Below are positions 24,016 to 38,458 of a stretch of 64,000 nt of DNA, piece by piece. A program made the translations under genes and the position numbers. The stretch comes from Cyanophora paradoxa CCMP329 (taxonomy: Eukaryota > Plantae > Glaucophyta), in contig QPMI01000178.1 of assembly GCA_004431415.1 (NCBI GenBank), forward strand, positions 62,001-126,000, in the 5' to 3' direction. The notes under the pieces are model-generated. The model searched no databases and was not told where the DNA came from. It saw only the letters and a program-made list of their open reading frames with translations. Position 1 is the stretch's first letter, and every line of letters starts with the position of its first letter.

Positions 24016-27000
24016 TTACATATTCGAAATTGGTGCTGCTTTCGAAGTCGGGTCGAATGGTGCAGCTCCAGCTTGCGATTGACAAGGCGGCGGCTGCATT
24101 TTTAGGGCCGCATCCGCAGCCTCCCGATCGGCCCACAGCGGAGCGATGTGCACGGGGCGCGGCTCCGGATCCCCGATCGCAACCGCTTGCCTCTCCAGGA
24201 AGTGGGAGAGCTTCGAGAGGCTGGCGGGCGCGTCGATCGGCGGGAGTTCCAGCGCGTTCGACGACTCGCGACCGCGGGGCCCGGGCGCGGGCGCCTCGCC
24301 GTCCTCGCACGCCGACGAGACGCTCGCCCGCCGGAGATAGGCGTGCGCCCTCGCGACCCACGACATGCGCCGCTGGCGGGCGCCGGCGCGCGCGAGCTGC
24401 AGCTCGATCCCGTCCCCTACGTCGGCGACGACCACGGCCCGCGCTCTGGGCTCCGAGGCCAGCGATCCGAGGTGGTCGCTCACGGCCGAGGCGCTCGAGG
24501 TCCAGTCGCAAGGTGCAGCTGCAGCCTCTGGTCGCGCGAGGTACTTTGCGAGCCTCGGATTCCGCTGCGAAATTCGAGCCGGAGGCCTCGCGATCAGTGG
24601 CCACGAAACAGCGCGGCTCTAGATCTCTAGAAAAAGGCGTTTCTAGAAACGTTGAGTTCGAGCGGCTAACCTGCGCGAGGTGCAGAAGTGCCACGAAGAC
24701 GAGCAGCATCTGGCAGCCGATCTCGATCGCGCTCCCGCCAAGAGCCGACAGATCCGCGAGCATGTCCAGGAGCGTCGAGCGCTCCACCCGGGTGATCTGT
24801 TATTCGCGCCCGTTTTAGAAGATTCATTTCTTTATTCGACGATGGCGTGGATCTGTTCGCACCCGGACGTGGACGTCGCTCAGCTCGAAGGCCGCACGAA
24901 AAGCGACCGACTCGCCCGCGCAGGACGGGTGCGACAGCGGAAGCGTGAGGGAGCACAAGGTCTGCAGAGGCGTGTCGGGCGGGATTAAGAAACGGGCGGA
25001 GTACGAAGGTGCTTGCAAACGCGCACAAAGGACGCCTCGTCTGCTTCTGCGTCCCGATTGGAGAACGGCCACAGTGACGCGTCGTACCGCGGGCTCCCAT
25101 CGCGTGCATCCTGTACGTGTCCCGCGAAAAGTGAGCTCACGGGCGTAACGTTAGCGACAATGTCGCGCCTCGAAGTGGAGCGGAACGAGGGAGAGCGGCG
25201 CGAGAACGGGCCGAAGCCCGCGAAAAACTCCGAGCTGGGCGTCCGATTGCGTTCGAACCCGCCCCTGGACGGTCAAGTTCGTTGGGACCTAACGCCAATT
25301 GTGGGTTTTCGTGGTTAGCGCGAGTCGAACGTGAGATTCCGGTTGACCGATAAATAGTTCGCACCTCGATCGTGTACGTGACGGCAACCGCGAGGGCCAT
25401 GCGAGCGGCGAGGCGCAGTTCGACGGAGACGTTCGAGGACGCGGTCAGCGTGCAGTTTCTGCACACCCACTCCACTCTGTTGCAATTGCGAGCTAAGCAC
25501 TTCACATCCGCGTCATGTGGAAACCAAACTTTCTATAATTATAAGCTGACGCGCACATGCAGGCCCGCTGCGTCTCGTTGTAGAGCGCAGAAAGTTGCAA
25601 TTGAGGGCCCGCCTGCGAATGTGGGCCCTCGTCCACTGTTGCCACGCCGCGAACAGAGGCCGACGCGCCGACCCACACGGAGTCGGAGGCGTTCGATGGC
25701 AGGTCCGGCGAGCCGCGCGAGCTGACTCTGCAGGGCCCCGGGTAGCCCACGAAGGCCGCGCGGACGGCGAAGACGCCGGTGATGTCGCCTTCTGTGGGGG
25801 AAGTGCCCGCGAGGAGCGTCTGCACCAGCGTGTAGTTCGCGAGGACGTACTGCAGGACGACGAACGAGGCTGCGATCACGAGGAGGCCGAGTCCTGCGAT
25901 CGCGAAGACGGAGCCGCCGGCCCTCAAGACGTCCGCCGCCGCCTCCAGATCTTCCCGCTCTTCTAGCGCCTGGCTGACGGCTTCTTGATAAAGGAAGTTC
26001 ATCTTAGCAACCTAGATATATATAAAGGAATCAGCGATGTTGGAGACGCGCAAATGTGCAGCGCTGGCTGCAGATGGATCGGAAGAGTTCTGACCCGGTT
26101 GTAGCGGTTTGCCGCCCGCTCGTGAGACGCGGTCTTCAGGTGCAAGCAGATGCCGGCCGTGGCCGCGATGACGAGAACGGCCACCCCCACGGCGATAAAC
26201 AGAACTATGCGGTACAGCAGGGCGAAGGCGGCGGACTCGTCCTCGATTTCAGGGCGGACGATGGTCGCGTTGACCGTGTCGTCGACGAAGATCTCCGTCA
26301 CGAACTTCTCGGTGGCGCCCTGAAGCCGCCGCCTGCACGTGCACCGCGTGTAAGCGCTACGCAGTCAGCCTCGCAAGAATACCACCGGTCCTTGCCTGCT
26401 GCGCATGCGTCCCCCAGCCGGGGCCGCGCGTGCGGCGTCCACGATTCCACGTACGATGTCCGCGTAGCGAGGGATCTCCACTGGGTCCGCCGTGCCGACT
26501 GCGCCACGTCGTAGGAATAATCATAAGAATAGCCTCTCGGAAGAAGATACGAACAAACTAAATGCATAGCAAATGCAAATCGAACGTACCGGGGCAGACT
26601 TGCGAGGACGTGCAGGGCACGCAGGCGGCGGCGCCCTCTTCAGGGGCCATGAGACCGGACGAGCTGCGAAAATTCCAAACTCGGATGCCGCATGCAAGAA
26701 GTAGCCGAAACGCTTACCACGGGGAGCAGTACTGCATAGAGGCGTTTCTGAACTGGCCGCGAGCGCAAGGGACGCAGAACGCTTGGCTTTCATCCGACTG
26801 CAACATGCACATTCGCTCGTGAGCTAGAACGCGCTCGGGTCTGACGGATCGAAATTCGCGCACGACTTGACCGCTCGCGCAGGGGGTGCAGCCCGTACTG
26901 CCAAGACTCGAGATGCTGTTTCGCGGACACTTCAAGCACGACTTCGCGCCCGCTGGCCTGTACGTCGATACACCGCAGGCAACGCATGCGGTTCCCGGCT

Positions 27001-30000
27001 CGTTCGCCACAAAGCCGTCGCTACATTCAACGCAGCTGGGATCTGTGCGGGCGAGTCAATTTACACTTCGCTTTCGTATTCAAAGAAACGTCACGATCGA
27101 TTTTAAAAGCCGCAATTAAAGCTTTAATTTGCTGACCTCCCGGTAGCGCGATTGATGTTGGGCTGCACCGAGCGCAGACTCCGTTCAGCGGAGCGCGGCC
27201 GCTTTCGCAGCCTGCGCATGCAGATCCCATGACGGTGTACACGTCAGCCGCGAGGCCAGGCAGATTATGGCTAAAATTGTCAAGCGATTGTATATTCACG
27301 CACTAACACAGTCGGCTCTGTCTTTTCTAGGCACCTTTCCAGGCGGGCTGAGGAGTGACATGCGGGTTAATGCACATGTACACGTACATTGAGCACCATA
27401 ATCGTAAATATAAAAGACGTCTATAGATGCACACCACGCCTCGCATACGCCCATGCCTTCACGAGGGGCGACGGTCCCGATCGGACACGGCTGACAGGTC
27501 TCGTGATTCGCGTCCCTGTGAGACCCCTGCGAAGCGGGGAGCCCGGACCGCAGTCAGAGGCTCTCAAGATCAGCTCTCTCTTTTCGACGCGAGCTCCCGA
27601 TCAGCAGTGATTTCGATAAGTAAAGCTCTCACCAGCGGACACGGCAAGCACGAGCGGAAACCGGGAGCGGAGTAGAAGCCCAGCGAGCAGTTCGAGCACC
27701 GCTCGAAGGCCCCTTCTTTCGGCGAGAACGTCCCCGGCGGGCACTGCGAGTTCGACTCGCGGATAAGCCGATCGCGATTACAGACGCGCAAGCTCAAGGT
27801 TTGCGTGGCGGCGGCCGCGTGGCGGCGGCCGATGCATGTACAGCCACGCACCTGCAAACATTTCCGAGGACGGTTCGTATTCTTGGGCAGCCACTCGAAA
27901 AAGCCCGCCTCGCAAGGAATGTAGCGCGTGCTGTCGTCGGAAGCGTAATGTCCGAAAGGCGGCTCGAGGCAGCTCCCGTTGACCGCGGGAGGAGACCACA
28001 GACCCTGTCCAAAATGAGTTTAAACGTTTGCGCCGGTGCACTTCGCGAAATGTAAATATCGCCGTCGACAAGAGCGCACGAGTCTGCAAGGCAAGCACAT
28101 ATTCTACACACCCGAATCAGGTATTGTGAGGGCACAGATGGAAAGCATGGCATTCAAAGGGCGCACCGAGTCGCCACGGAACGTGCCCGCGCGGCACGGC
28201 AGGCAGCCCGACCTGTCGTCGTTGCTGATGTGCCCTGGAGGGCAGGGCGTGCAAGCAGGCGCCCCCGGCGCGCTCCAGAACCCGTCCTGATTGTGACGCA
28301 ATTACAAATTAAAATGATTGTAAACGCGGTGACCGTGAAGGCACCGCACCTGGCATGGCATGCAGTAGCTGTTCCGCTCAAAGAATCCAGCTCGGCACAG
28401 GTTGCACTCGGCGCGGTTGAGTGCGCTTTCAGTTCCGCGAGGGCTGAGGCAGAATGTTAATACTCGGGGGTGCGGAGTTATTGCGAGGCGCAGAGATAGG
28501 TCGATCGCACCATGGCGAGCAGAAAGAGGAGCCGGGCGAGCTCGTGAATCGGCCATGTGGGCACTGAAATGCAAATGGGAACCGCACTTAGACATTTAAG
28601 CGCGCGCGCTTCGGGAAATATATAAGATATCGACTGATGGGGATAACCTGTTCGCAGGATGTCATGTTCTCCGATCTGAAATATCCCCTCGAGCACGGCG
28701 AGCAACCCTGCCGATCCGAAGTGGGCACCGTCCCGGGTGCGCTGCACATGCGAGAAGAGTCGGGACCCCACTGAGATGTTCCGCGGGCTGACGCTGTGCG
28801 CACCAGCTCTTACAACTCGTCATCCCGCGCTCGGGAGCGTACATGGCGCCTGAGGCTTCTTTCAGGTCTCCGCGCGCACGAGATTGAATATTGTGACCTC
28901 CTGGAGTTTCGCGCACCGACGCAATAAACGCAGTTCCAGTTGAACTCGACCGTCCCTCGGTCGCAGACGTCGCACGAGGTGAGCGTCAGTTCCGGGCGGC
29001 TGCCCCGGATGCACATCGTGTAGTTGGCGCTACCGGCTCCGGCGATCGCCCCCGGGGGCGCCGGCGTGCACTCGACCATTCCGCCGTGTCGGTAGAAGCC
29101 CGGAAGACAAGCTGGATTGCTTGGTCAGGCGCGCCGAATCAGACATCTATTTGCCAGTCCGAATTGCAATTGGTGCCAACGCACGGGTGCAATACTGCCC
29201 GTTCGCAGCCGCAACAGTGCCGTCGGCGCACGGCTCACAGCGGTCGAGTCCCGGGGTCACCGCCACCCAATTCGTCTCGCACAGCACACACGCATCTTCC
29301 GCCTGGTATGAACCTGCGAAATAACGGGCTTGATCGGCCGTTCAGGTGGAAGAGATTAAATAGAGAAGAGCTCGAACCTGCTGGACAGGGAACGCAGGCT
29401 GATCGCGTGCCATCGGCCACATATCCCGACTGGCAAACAGTCCAGTTCGACGAGCCAGCGGATGCCACGGAGCGCGGCGGCACGGGCAGGCAGTCCGTCA
29501 TGTTCGCCCCACGGTACGTCCCTGGACGGTGCGCCGCTCGTTTGAATCGCTCATATTTATGCATATGAGTATCTCTCATGAGAAGCGCACCCACGCCGCA
29601 AGGTACGCAGGTCTGGAGATCAGACGCCGAGACAAAGCCAGGCTGACACTGCTCGCAACCTACGTCAGCGTCCATTGTCCACATGATTGGAGCAGCACAT
29701 TTCGTTTTGGAGATGCTTACCGTTTCTCAGACTGTCATGCTCTCGAAAGGAGCGACCGTATTCGGGGCGCAGGCGCGGCAGGCTCCGTCGTCCTCGTACG
29801 ACCCCTTTGGGCACGGCACGCACATCGTCGCGATGTTGTTGGCCACCCATCCCCGCTCGCAAGGCCGGAACCACGACCGGTCCGCAACGGAGACGGCCTT
29901 GTGTGGCACCGGCTCGCATCGCGACATGTTCTCGGCGCGGTAGGTTCCTGCGCAGATATGGCTTTCAGAACCCGAGCGACGGACCACTAGTACTTACAGA

Positions 30001-33000
30001 AATCGATTTAAAAGAACAAATGTTTGCCTTCAGAGCATGCAACGCATGTCTGCTTATCAATTGTAGCGACTTGTCCCGGGGCGCAGAGTGTGCAGCGTGA
30101 GGCTCCTTCGAGCGGAGCGACTGCGTTCTCAGGGCAGCTGATCGCGAGCTCGCGTCACTAACGATCGGGTATACGTATATATCACGTCACTGCTTTGGGC
30201 ATCCTATCAACTCGCGCACCGTTGGCATGTCGTGTTTGACTTGAAGTATCCTTTACTGCAAGGCGTGCAGGTATCCCCCGCTTGATTGGGTACGAACCCA
30301 TCTTGGCAGAACGCAAAGGAAGCCGATCCCGCTCTCGCAACGGCGTTCGCGGGGACCGGCTCGCACAGGGACATGCCGGGTCCCCGATACGTTCCTGCGA
30401 TCCCGACAACGTTGACAATCCGGATTCAAAAGCAGGGAAGAGGGTTATTAATATCTGCAAACCGGCGGGACAGGGGATGCAGGACTGGAAGTCGCTCGCC
30501 GAGACGTAGCCCGGCTCGCACAGGTCGCACGTGCGGCTGCCTTCGATCGAAGCCGCGGCGTTTTGCGGGCACCTGCTCGTGACTCGCATCGACACAGGTA
30601 ATTATAAGAAGCAATCGCAAGAGCGCACGTCAAGCAGTTGTTATCCAGAGGCGCCGGCGCGGTTCCTATCAAGCGTGTATCGGTTTCAGACACAGGATCC
30701 GGAGCAGAAGACAAATATTTGAGCTTGGAATTATTATCACAGTCGCACCCTTAGGGCACTTGAGGCACTCGCTTCTCTCGATGTTCGGGACGGACCCGTC
30801 GACACAGACGGAAAAAGATGACGAGCCCACAAGCGCAACACTGCGTTCCCCTACCGGCAAGCAAATTGTTGAAGTCGGAGGCCTGTATGTGCCCGGACCT
30901 GCCCTCATTTGTCAGAGGCCAGCTCGTCATCTTTGCAGAATAAATTAAAACTGAACGCAAAAGCGTACTGCAATCCAAGCACAATGTGAGGTCGGCGGTA
31001 GAATAGGACCCCGAATTGCAGGGCGAGCAGCTTGTCGATCCCTCGAGAGTTGCGACGCTGTTGACGGGGCAAGGAACGCAGATTCCGGGGTCGCTCGCAT
31101 CCTCGAACGTCCCAGGCGGACACTGACCGGAGTATTATCAGTCACTAGAATTTAGAGTTTCTTCTTTAGATGGATCAATACACATCCCTCACCGGAAGGC
31201 ATTGCAGCCGGTCCGGCGGGCTGACGAATCCTTCTGGGCACCGGGTGCACGCCCGACCGGTCGCGGATGCGTAGTCCCTCGCGCAGGGACCGCATGCGCG
31301 GGTCCCGTCTGCGCTGAGCTTGACCTCGAGCCCCGGGGGACACGGCCTGCATCCGTCGCCGTCCTTGGTTGGCAACTCGTCGGCGAGGCAGCTGAAGCAG
31401 CTGCCGAATTGGCCAGTCCGGCTCCAGGTTCCCTTAGGACATGGCACGCAGCTTGAGTTCTTGCCTGGTTGGTACCAGCCCGCCTGAAAAAAATGGTGCA
31501 GTGAAAAAATATCTGGTCAATCACGCGTAAACTGTACTTCCGTGGATTTGAAATTCGAACCGAGCAGTTTGTGCAGCTCGATGCATCGCTGCTCGGGAAG
31601 CTGCCTTCCGGACCTGAATCGAAACAGGTCAGTCTATATCATTAATAATATGTCGACACAAGGTCGCCAGAATGTGAGGCTCGCGGTCGCGATCGCTTAC
31701 ATAAGGAGCAGCTGTCGACGGTGCCGTACGTGGCGAACTGACCCCCAGGGCAGCTGCGACATGACTTGCGCCCGTTCTCGTCCTTCAGGAAGGAGCCAGC
31801 AAAGCTGCCGAATACGCGTATTTACTTCCAAACAACGGCGATATATCGCTAGAGACCGGCATCCCGGCCCTCACCACTTCGGGCACTGCGCCGTCCATCC
31901 TTCCCGCAAGGTGAACGCGCCCGTCTCGCAGGGCGTGCAGCGCATGCCCTCTTCCAGCGAGAACTCGTTCAAGGGACAGCCGTAGCACGCCGAGCTTCCC
32001 GCTTCCGACCACGTCCCCACGGGGCACCGCGAGCACTCGGTCGCCCCGCCGGTGCTGTACGTCCCCTCGGGGCACCGCTCCGCTTCGGACTCGAGGATGG
32101 TGCCAGAGCGAGCCGTGAAGAGGCCCGGCGGGAGCGGCGTGCAGAGGTCCTTCACCGAAACCGACCGCTTGAATGTGGCGGCGGCGGCGTTCCAGACGGT
32201 GCCGGGCGGGCAGTTCGTGTGGAGCGAAATCAGAGTGGCGGGCTCCGACACGACAAAGACAACCACCGGGAGCTCCGGAACGCGCGACGTCGACCGAAGT
32301 ATCGCGGCGTCCACTTCGAGGTTCGAGGAGTTGAAGGCGCTGTAATCTTCGATGGTGTAGGCTCCGACGACGTTCGCCACCCAGTCGCTTATTGCGATGG
32401 AGGCTTTGACTGACGCGGCATCGAAAGTAGGGCCATCGACGCCCCTGACCAGGACCAGCTGCGACGACGTCGCCCGCTCGTTGGAGCGGTGAAGGCGCCT
32501 CTCTTTGACGAGCCGCGGCCTCGGGTTGTCACTAGTGGCGAAGACGAATGTGTGCTGGCTCGATGCCGAGTGCAGCTCGCGGACAATGTACAGGACGCCA
32601 TCCTTGTATGCTGCCGCGGCCACCTGCAGCGTGCACATGCGGCTGTTAAGTAGAATTGAAATGGATAGAGGCGTATCGCGCAGTCGTCGATACAAATTAA
32701 ACAAGGGAAAGCTGGGCGCACCGAAGTCCACTCGGAAAGATTGCCGCGCCACGTCGACGCGCCAAAGATGCGAACGCTTCCGTCGAGTCGCCCGGCCATG
32801 CCGCTCTGGTACGCGTCCGCTTTTGCGACGCGGAAGACCTGGCCATCGCAGGAAGCGCGTTCATTATCTAATTGCGTCGGATCAAAACGAATTTACAAGA
32901 AGCGTGCTTGCCTGGTCCCCAGTGATGTAGAAACTGTATCTCGACCCAGGTGCTTCCACCCAACGCCCCTGCAAGCGAGTCGTTTCATTTCTGCGCGATC

Positions 33001-36000
33001 ACACGCGCAGCAGCTCACCTCAAGATATCCGAAGCCGCGACCAGCAAGCAGGGGCCGTTCATTCTGTACCTGCGCATGCAAAAGGAAAGAGAAGATCAAT
33101 CGCTCAATTGCACGAAGCTTGAGTTGAAGGCTGCCCGCCGCAGCTGCCGCCTGCGCACGATCCAGTGTTGCGAGAGCGGCAGCGTGTCCGTGCGAAGGAC
33201 CGTGGGCGCCCCGTGCACCACCACGCCAGATCGGTACTTGTACGACGCGTCCGTGGCCGAGGCCCGCTCTTGAAGCGCACTCTCATCCACGGCCCCTGCG
33301 CATGCGGAAACGATCGATTGCGGCAGCGGGTGTTCTTCGACACGTGCACGCACAGGTAAAGATTGCAGTGACATGGACAATGTCAAGGCCCGGGCAGACC
33401 GTTGCGCCGACGAGCTCGAAAGGGCAAGATGTTGGAGCCGTCGGGAAGAAGGGAAGGCGGACGAGCGCGTGGTACCGCAGCGGGCCGCCCTCCTCCGTCC
33501 GCCCGTCCGCGCGCAGCTCGACGATCGAGGCCGGGGGCAGGTAGGCGTCCGCGTAAGACGAGCCCTTCGCGCCCGGCCACCTGCGTTTCGCAATCTTGCG
33601 ATTAGACCAGTTAGGCTTTGTCGAAAACTACTTTTGGAAGCACGGCAGTTGCTTGTAGATCGTCCCGGCAAGATGCGTGAAGCCTGGCGGCGCAATCGAC
33701 GCAAGATCGAACGCGAGCAGCGCGACGCCCATCTGAGGGGCGCACGCCTGCGCCCAATGCACACGAAAGCAGTTATTACGGTTTCGAAGCTAAATGTAAG
33801 AGAAGGACCCGCTGAAAGCGGACCTTGATCAGCGGAATCGATGCGACCGGCCCGGAGGATGCATAGCTTGCGAAGAAAGCTATGCCCCTTTGCGAAAACG
33901 AGAAGATCTGCGTGCGCATGATTCTCTCTCAGTGTCCAGGAAGGCCGGAAACCGATTCGAGGTGATGTAGATTTCTATACGTATATACCTGGGTATCTTC
34001 CAGCAAGAGTGACTCAAAGCTTGTTCCATACGTGTCTTGCACGTCGTTCATTGCCCGCGAGCCTCCTCCAGATCGCCCTTTCGATTCGGGTTCGGCGTCA
34101 TAGACTGCGTTTGAGCGAAAACACGCCATGGCCATAAACGGTTCATAATCAGTAACAACGGGATGTACATGTATATATACTTTGGAGCAAGCGCAAAAGC
34201 TCTCACAAAGAGTGCACTCCTTCGTGATGTACTGGCTTCCGAAAGCCTCTAGCCCAATTCTTTCGTCCACTTTCGCGTCTTCTGCAACCCGCCTTGGCGA
34301 ATCTAGTAGGCGCAGGTACTCAGTCTGCAAATGCGTCAAATTTTCGGCATGCGCAGTCCGACGCGTGCGAAGTGGCTCGCCTGAATTTTTGAGAGTATGC
34401 TGTTTGTCGAATTAATATTCGGATTCGAAGAAGAAAGCTCCGGATTAGTCTGCTTGGCCAGGCGTTGGAGGGGCCGACTCGCGCAGCGCGGAGGGATGTG
34501 CGAACGGTTGCAGTGAAGACGACCAGCGACCCCAGGGCGGCAGCCCATTTTTCGGCACAGTTCTCAGATCCGTCCGCAGCCATCTGCGCCGCCTTAAGAT
34601 TCATGCGCGCGCGGGCGTTTTGTGTTTATTCATGCGCGCACAGCATCGAAGAAGCGGCGCTTGTATAAAGTTCGAAACAGGCGGAAATCGAGAGAAAAGT
34701 CGCGTGCAGCGTTCATGAAGCGGTAGGGGTCGGGATCGCTGGAACAGACGTCTCGGGGCCACGGCCGTACGGGCCCGAGGGCACCCGAGTCACACGTTTC
34801 GTCCAGGGCGTACGCGGCCCACCGCTCTGCCGCAAAATAGTGGCAGGCGCTCCCGGCGCAAGAGGACGGCGGCTGCAGACACGAATCCAGAGTCGGGCCC
34901 AGAAAGTCTCCCTTGTCGGCTGACACCGATCCCCAGATCCAGTTGCTCTGCCAATAAATGTTTAGAGCGTATAGCGCACGTGCGATTGCATATAATGCCT
35001 CATATATATTATGAGCGCGCCTGGTGTGATTCGAGGGCGAGGGGCGAAAAGCGACGATCGGGATCGACAGCCAAGGCCGGAACCATCGACGAAAACGCAA
35101 ACTGCGTGCTTTTAAAAGCGACCCCCTAGGCGCCGGCGGCGATTGAGCAGGTTAGAATTCGAACGAAGAGTTGGCGGTGAAAAAGGTGAAATCTGAAAGG
35201 CACCGGGTAGCGCTGGAGGACGGCGCACGTGGAAGTCCCGAGATCGTAATCGCAGTAAAGGAGGTCCGAGCCCACTCTGAAGACGAGTGCCAGGCGGGCC
35301 GACGCGCCGCGGCTGCCGAGCGGATATCCCGGCAGCACCGCCGCGTATACCAGGTCCCGATCCGGGGCGGCAGCGTCCATCGGAGGCATGCCGAAGAGGG
35401 GGCGCTCGTACACGTTCAAGGCTTTGCTGTTCCCGGCAGGGAGCAGAGCTGCTCTCGCTCGCGTGAGACTGCGTTCAGAGAAGAAAGAAATAGCTTTAAA
35501 GTAGAGTGGAGGTCGCGTACCGGACTGCGCGGGGAGCGATCCCCCCGGCGGGACATCGATCGTCGCGTTCGCGGACGGAGGGGAGAAGTCGCCTGCGAGC
35601 GTGCTGACGAGCGCGGTGCACACGAGCTCGTATGGGCCCTCGAACGACGGGACCAAGTCGAGCTCCAGCGTCGCGCCTTCCGCGTCTGCGTCCTCCACGG
35701 CCCGGGCCGAGCGGTACGGCCCACCGAAACCGCCGCAGCGGACTTCGACCAGAGAGATGAACTCGCCGGTCGACCACGCGACGGTGACCGCGGCGCTCGT
35801 GGGTGACGTCACATCCGCCGCAAGGATAGTGGGCGCTGGAATCGAGGTTGCGTTCGCGTTCTCCGGGCACGTGAAATAGGCGTCGTCGTTGACCTAATTA
35901 CAAGACTCGCAGGTCGGCGGCATTCTGTGAAGGAACCGAAAAACGATTTACCAACGCGTGCAGGCCGTTCCCCGAGCCATCGAGAGCTCGCCGTGTGTCT

Positions 36001-38042
36001 CTGCCGCTCTTCGCGCAGTCGTCGAACTGCAGGTGCAGGAGGACCGACGTGCGCGGCGGGCCTTTGTTGATCGACTGCATGACGACCTCCTGCGCTGTCC
36101 ACGTGCCGCTCCATATCCAGAACTCTGCGAGCAGAACTCCGGACGCGAACGGCCGCCCCTGCGCAAAGCGAGATTTAAAATTCGGTATGTTTGATGTTTC
36201 AACTGATGTCTGACAATAATGTCTATTGGTCGATGTTTTATGTTCGCTGTGCGATATCGATGGACTCCGTGAAGGATTTAACATACCCATTCGTTCGGCT
36301 TGCCAATGTAGTTAGCGGTACGGGTGATGTTTTCTATCGCTTTGATCGACGTGCTTGTGATGAGGGCCCCGTTCAGGTACGCCTTCAAAGGGCTGAGTCC
36401 GGCACTGTCGGGGGCTCCGAACTCCAGCCACACGAACTGCCACTCGCCGACCTGCTCTCAGGCCTGTTAGGGATGGACGAATGTCACTTGTAAGTATAAT
36501 CATAAGTCGCGATTCAGTCCAAGATGAAGGAGGAGAATGCAGCCGCGGAACGCACGGCGATGCCGCTCGATGCACCCGTGAACACGTCGACGATGTCCGC
36601 GCGCGTCGAGCCCTGAAAAAGTTCGATTCGCAGCGCGAAAAAGCCGACCGCCACCTGGAAAAATGCGTGAAAAGCGGAGAAAGGGGGTGATCGATGTGAT
36701 TGAAGGAAAGGCAACGCACGGTGCACTGTGTACAGGCGCTGATTATCTGTCGCACGAACACGGCGGGGGTCTTATTCAGAGCGAAGCAAGTCAAATCCAG
36801 GCTGAAAGGCAGCACGCACGAAGGAGTCTAGGTTGTATTTCGTCGCCGTCGAAAGCGGATTGTAATTTCCGAAGTCAACAAGCACCGCGCCGTCGGCGGG
36901 GCGATGAAGGGACTTCATCCACATCTCAACCACGATGTTCCCTCCAAAGGTCATCGGAGGAATCGTCAGAGATCTAGGTCCGCGGGCGCCATTGTTCGTG
37001 CCAAGAACGACGGCTTACGTCGCGAAAAGCTCCCAAGTCACAAAACGCAAGTTCAAGTGCCAAAGCTAGAGAAAGCTTGGAGCTGACCGAGTGACGGCGA
37101 GTACGGCGGGGGGCAATCCACCATGTTGATGGGTCCCACGAACGTCCCCGTCCTTCCGTTCCCAGACTGAAGAAAACCCGCGCGACACGTTTCAGTTCGA
37201 GAAAACAAGCTTTCTAAGACGCTCGGCGGCCGCCCTGGGCCTAGGCCTCACCCGATCGCACAGAGTGCCTGCGCCGCACTCTTCAGCGCAGTCGGCGGTG
37301 TCCATACGGTAGTCCACGAGCCGGGGGCGGTCCGTTGGGAGGACCCCGTTCGCCGCGCCGAGGACCTCCTCGTCCGTGAGGACAGCAGTGTACCACCCGA
37401 AGAACGCCATTTGAGTGTCCAGAATGGTGTACTCTGTCTCGAGAGTAAAAATCGGATTATAATCAAGTCCTCAGAGACGCGCCACGAGAACTTCGGAAGG
37501 TTAGAGACCGTACCACTAGGAGAGTAGCCTGACCCTAGTCTTGAGTGGTACCATTGCTCTGCCGGCACGCAAACGTGCGATAATTATACATAGATAATCC
37601 AAAACAAACAACTAGGCAGTCGACTAGTGTTGCGAAAAGCTCGCACTGGATGCAATCGTGCCGCGACCCCCGAAAGCTCCGATGCGGATGCCGTTGCGAT
37701 AAAATGTAGCGGTGCCGCCCCCCCAGCTCACAGCGAAATGCTGCGTGCGCCGTCATCGTAGCCAAGAGCTCCCTTTGAAATAGCACAAGATAGTCACCGT
37801 CCATTCTCCCATCTGATTCGAAGATTTCAATTAAAACGACCGCAAGGATTTGCGAAACAGAGATACGCACCTCCATTCCGTAGGTGCCTGTCATTACAAC
37901 CTGGAAGTACGAGCCATCGCACAGCCAACTGAAAAGTTGAAAATAAGAAAACGTATTTGTTGCAGGAAGAATCCAACTGTTGTAGCAAGACGCAAGTTAA
38001 GAGCAGCTGTTGCAGCGCACCAGTTGAACAGGAAGGACGCAT
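24016..38042 (-). CDS. Giant multi-exon membrane protein: signal-like N-terminus, LamG/ConA-like domains, FN3-like domain, long array of GCC2/GCC3 (ephrin-receptor-like) CxxCxxG repeats, three predicted TM segments, cytoplasmic tail
   Basis: LamG-like exons (FFGWYTAVLTDEEV; EFWIWSGTWTAQEV). FN3-like AVTVAWSTGE. Many repeats such as CPEGTYSTGGATECSRCPVGTWS, CDLCEPGYVS and CVPCARGQFRN at 26600-32200. Hydrophobic segments at ~26140-26230, ~25830-25920 and ~24670-24760. Both ends are uncertain, and it could be more than one gene. Confidence 0.6.
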
Positions 38043-38403
38043 AGCCGGGTGCAAACAGCATCCCGTCGCCTTTCAAGACGCGCTCAGATGGTGTGGGTCT
38101 GCAGCCGCCTTCCTCTTCTGGGCAAAACCTTTCGGTTGCAAGGCTTATTAACTGAAGTCTGCGTCGTTAAACATTGCTATGATGCTGAAGGGCACACCAT
38201 ATTCCCCAGTGGGTGCCGCCTGATGGGTTCTGATCACGGCAGCCGAATCAACAGAACAGGTTAACGTTTAGACTGTCAGGCAGCCGCGACGAAGAACTGC
38301 ATGCGCAAGCTTAAGGCGCGCAAAACGCACATATTGATTCGAGAAGTGTATAATTTCTCTCCACCTTGTACGTACATGCACGCATCAGTGCGTGCTGCCA
38401 GCC

Positions 38404-38458
38404 GGGGGGGGGGGGGGGGGGGGGGGGTGGGGGGGGGGGGGGGGGGTGGAGGGGGGGG
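38404..38458. repeat. Poly-G tract (~55 nt)
   Basis: Directly visible near-homopolymer; its length may be unreliable. Confidence 0.85.
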
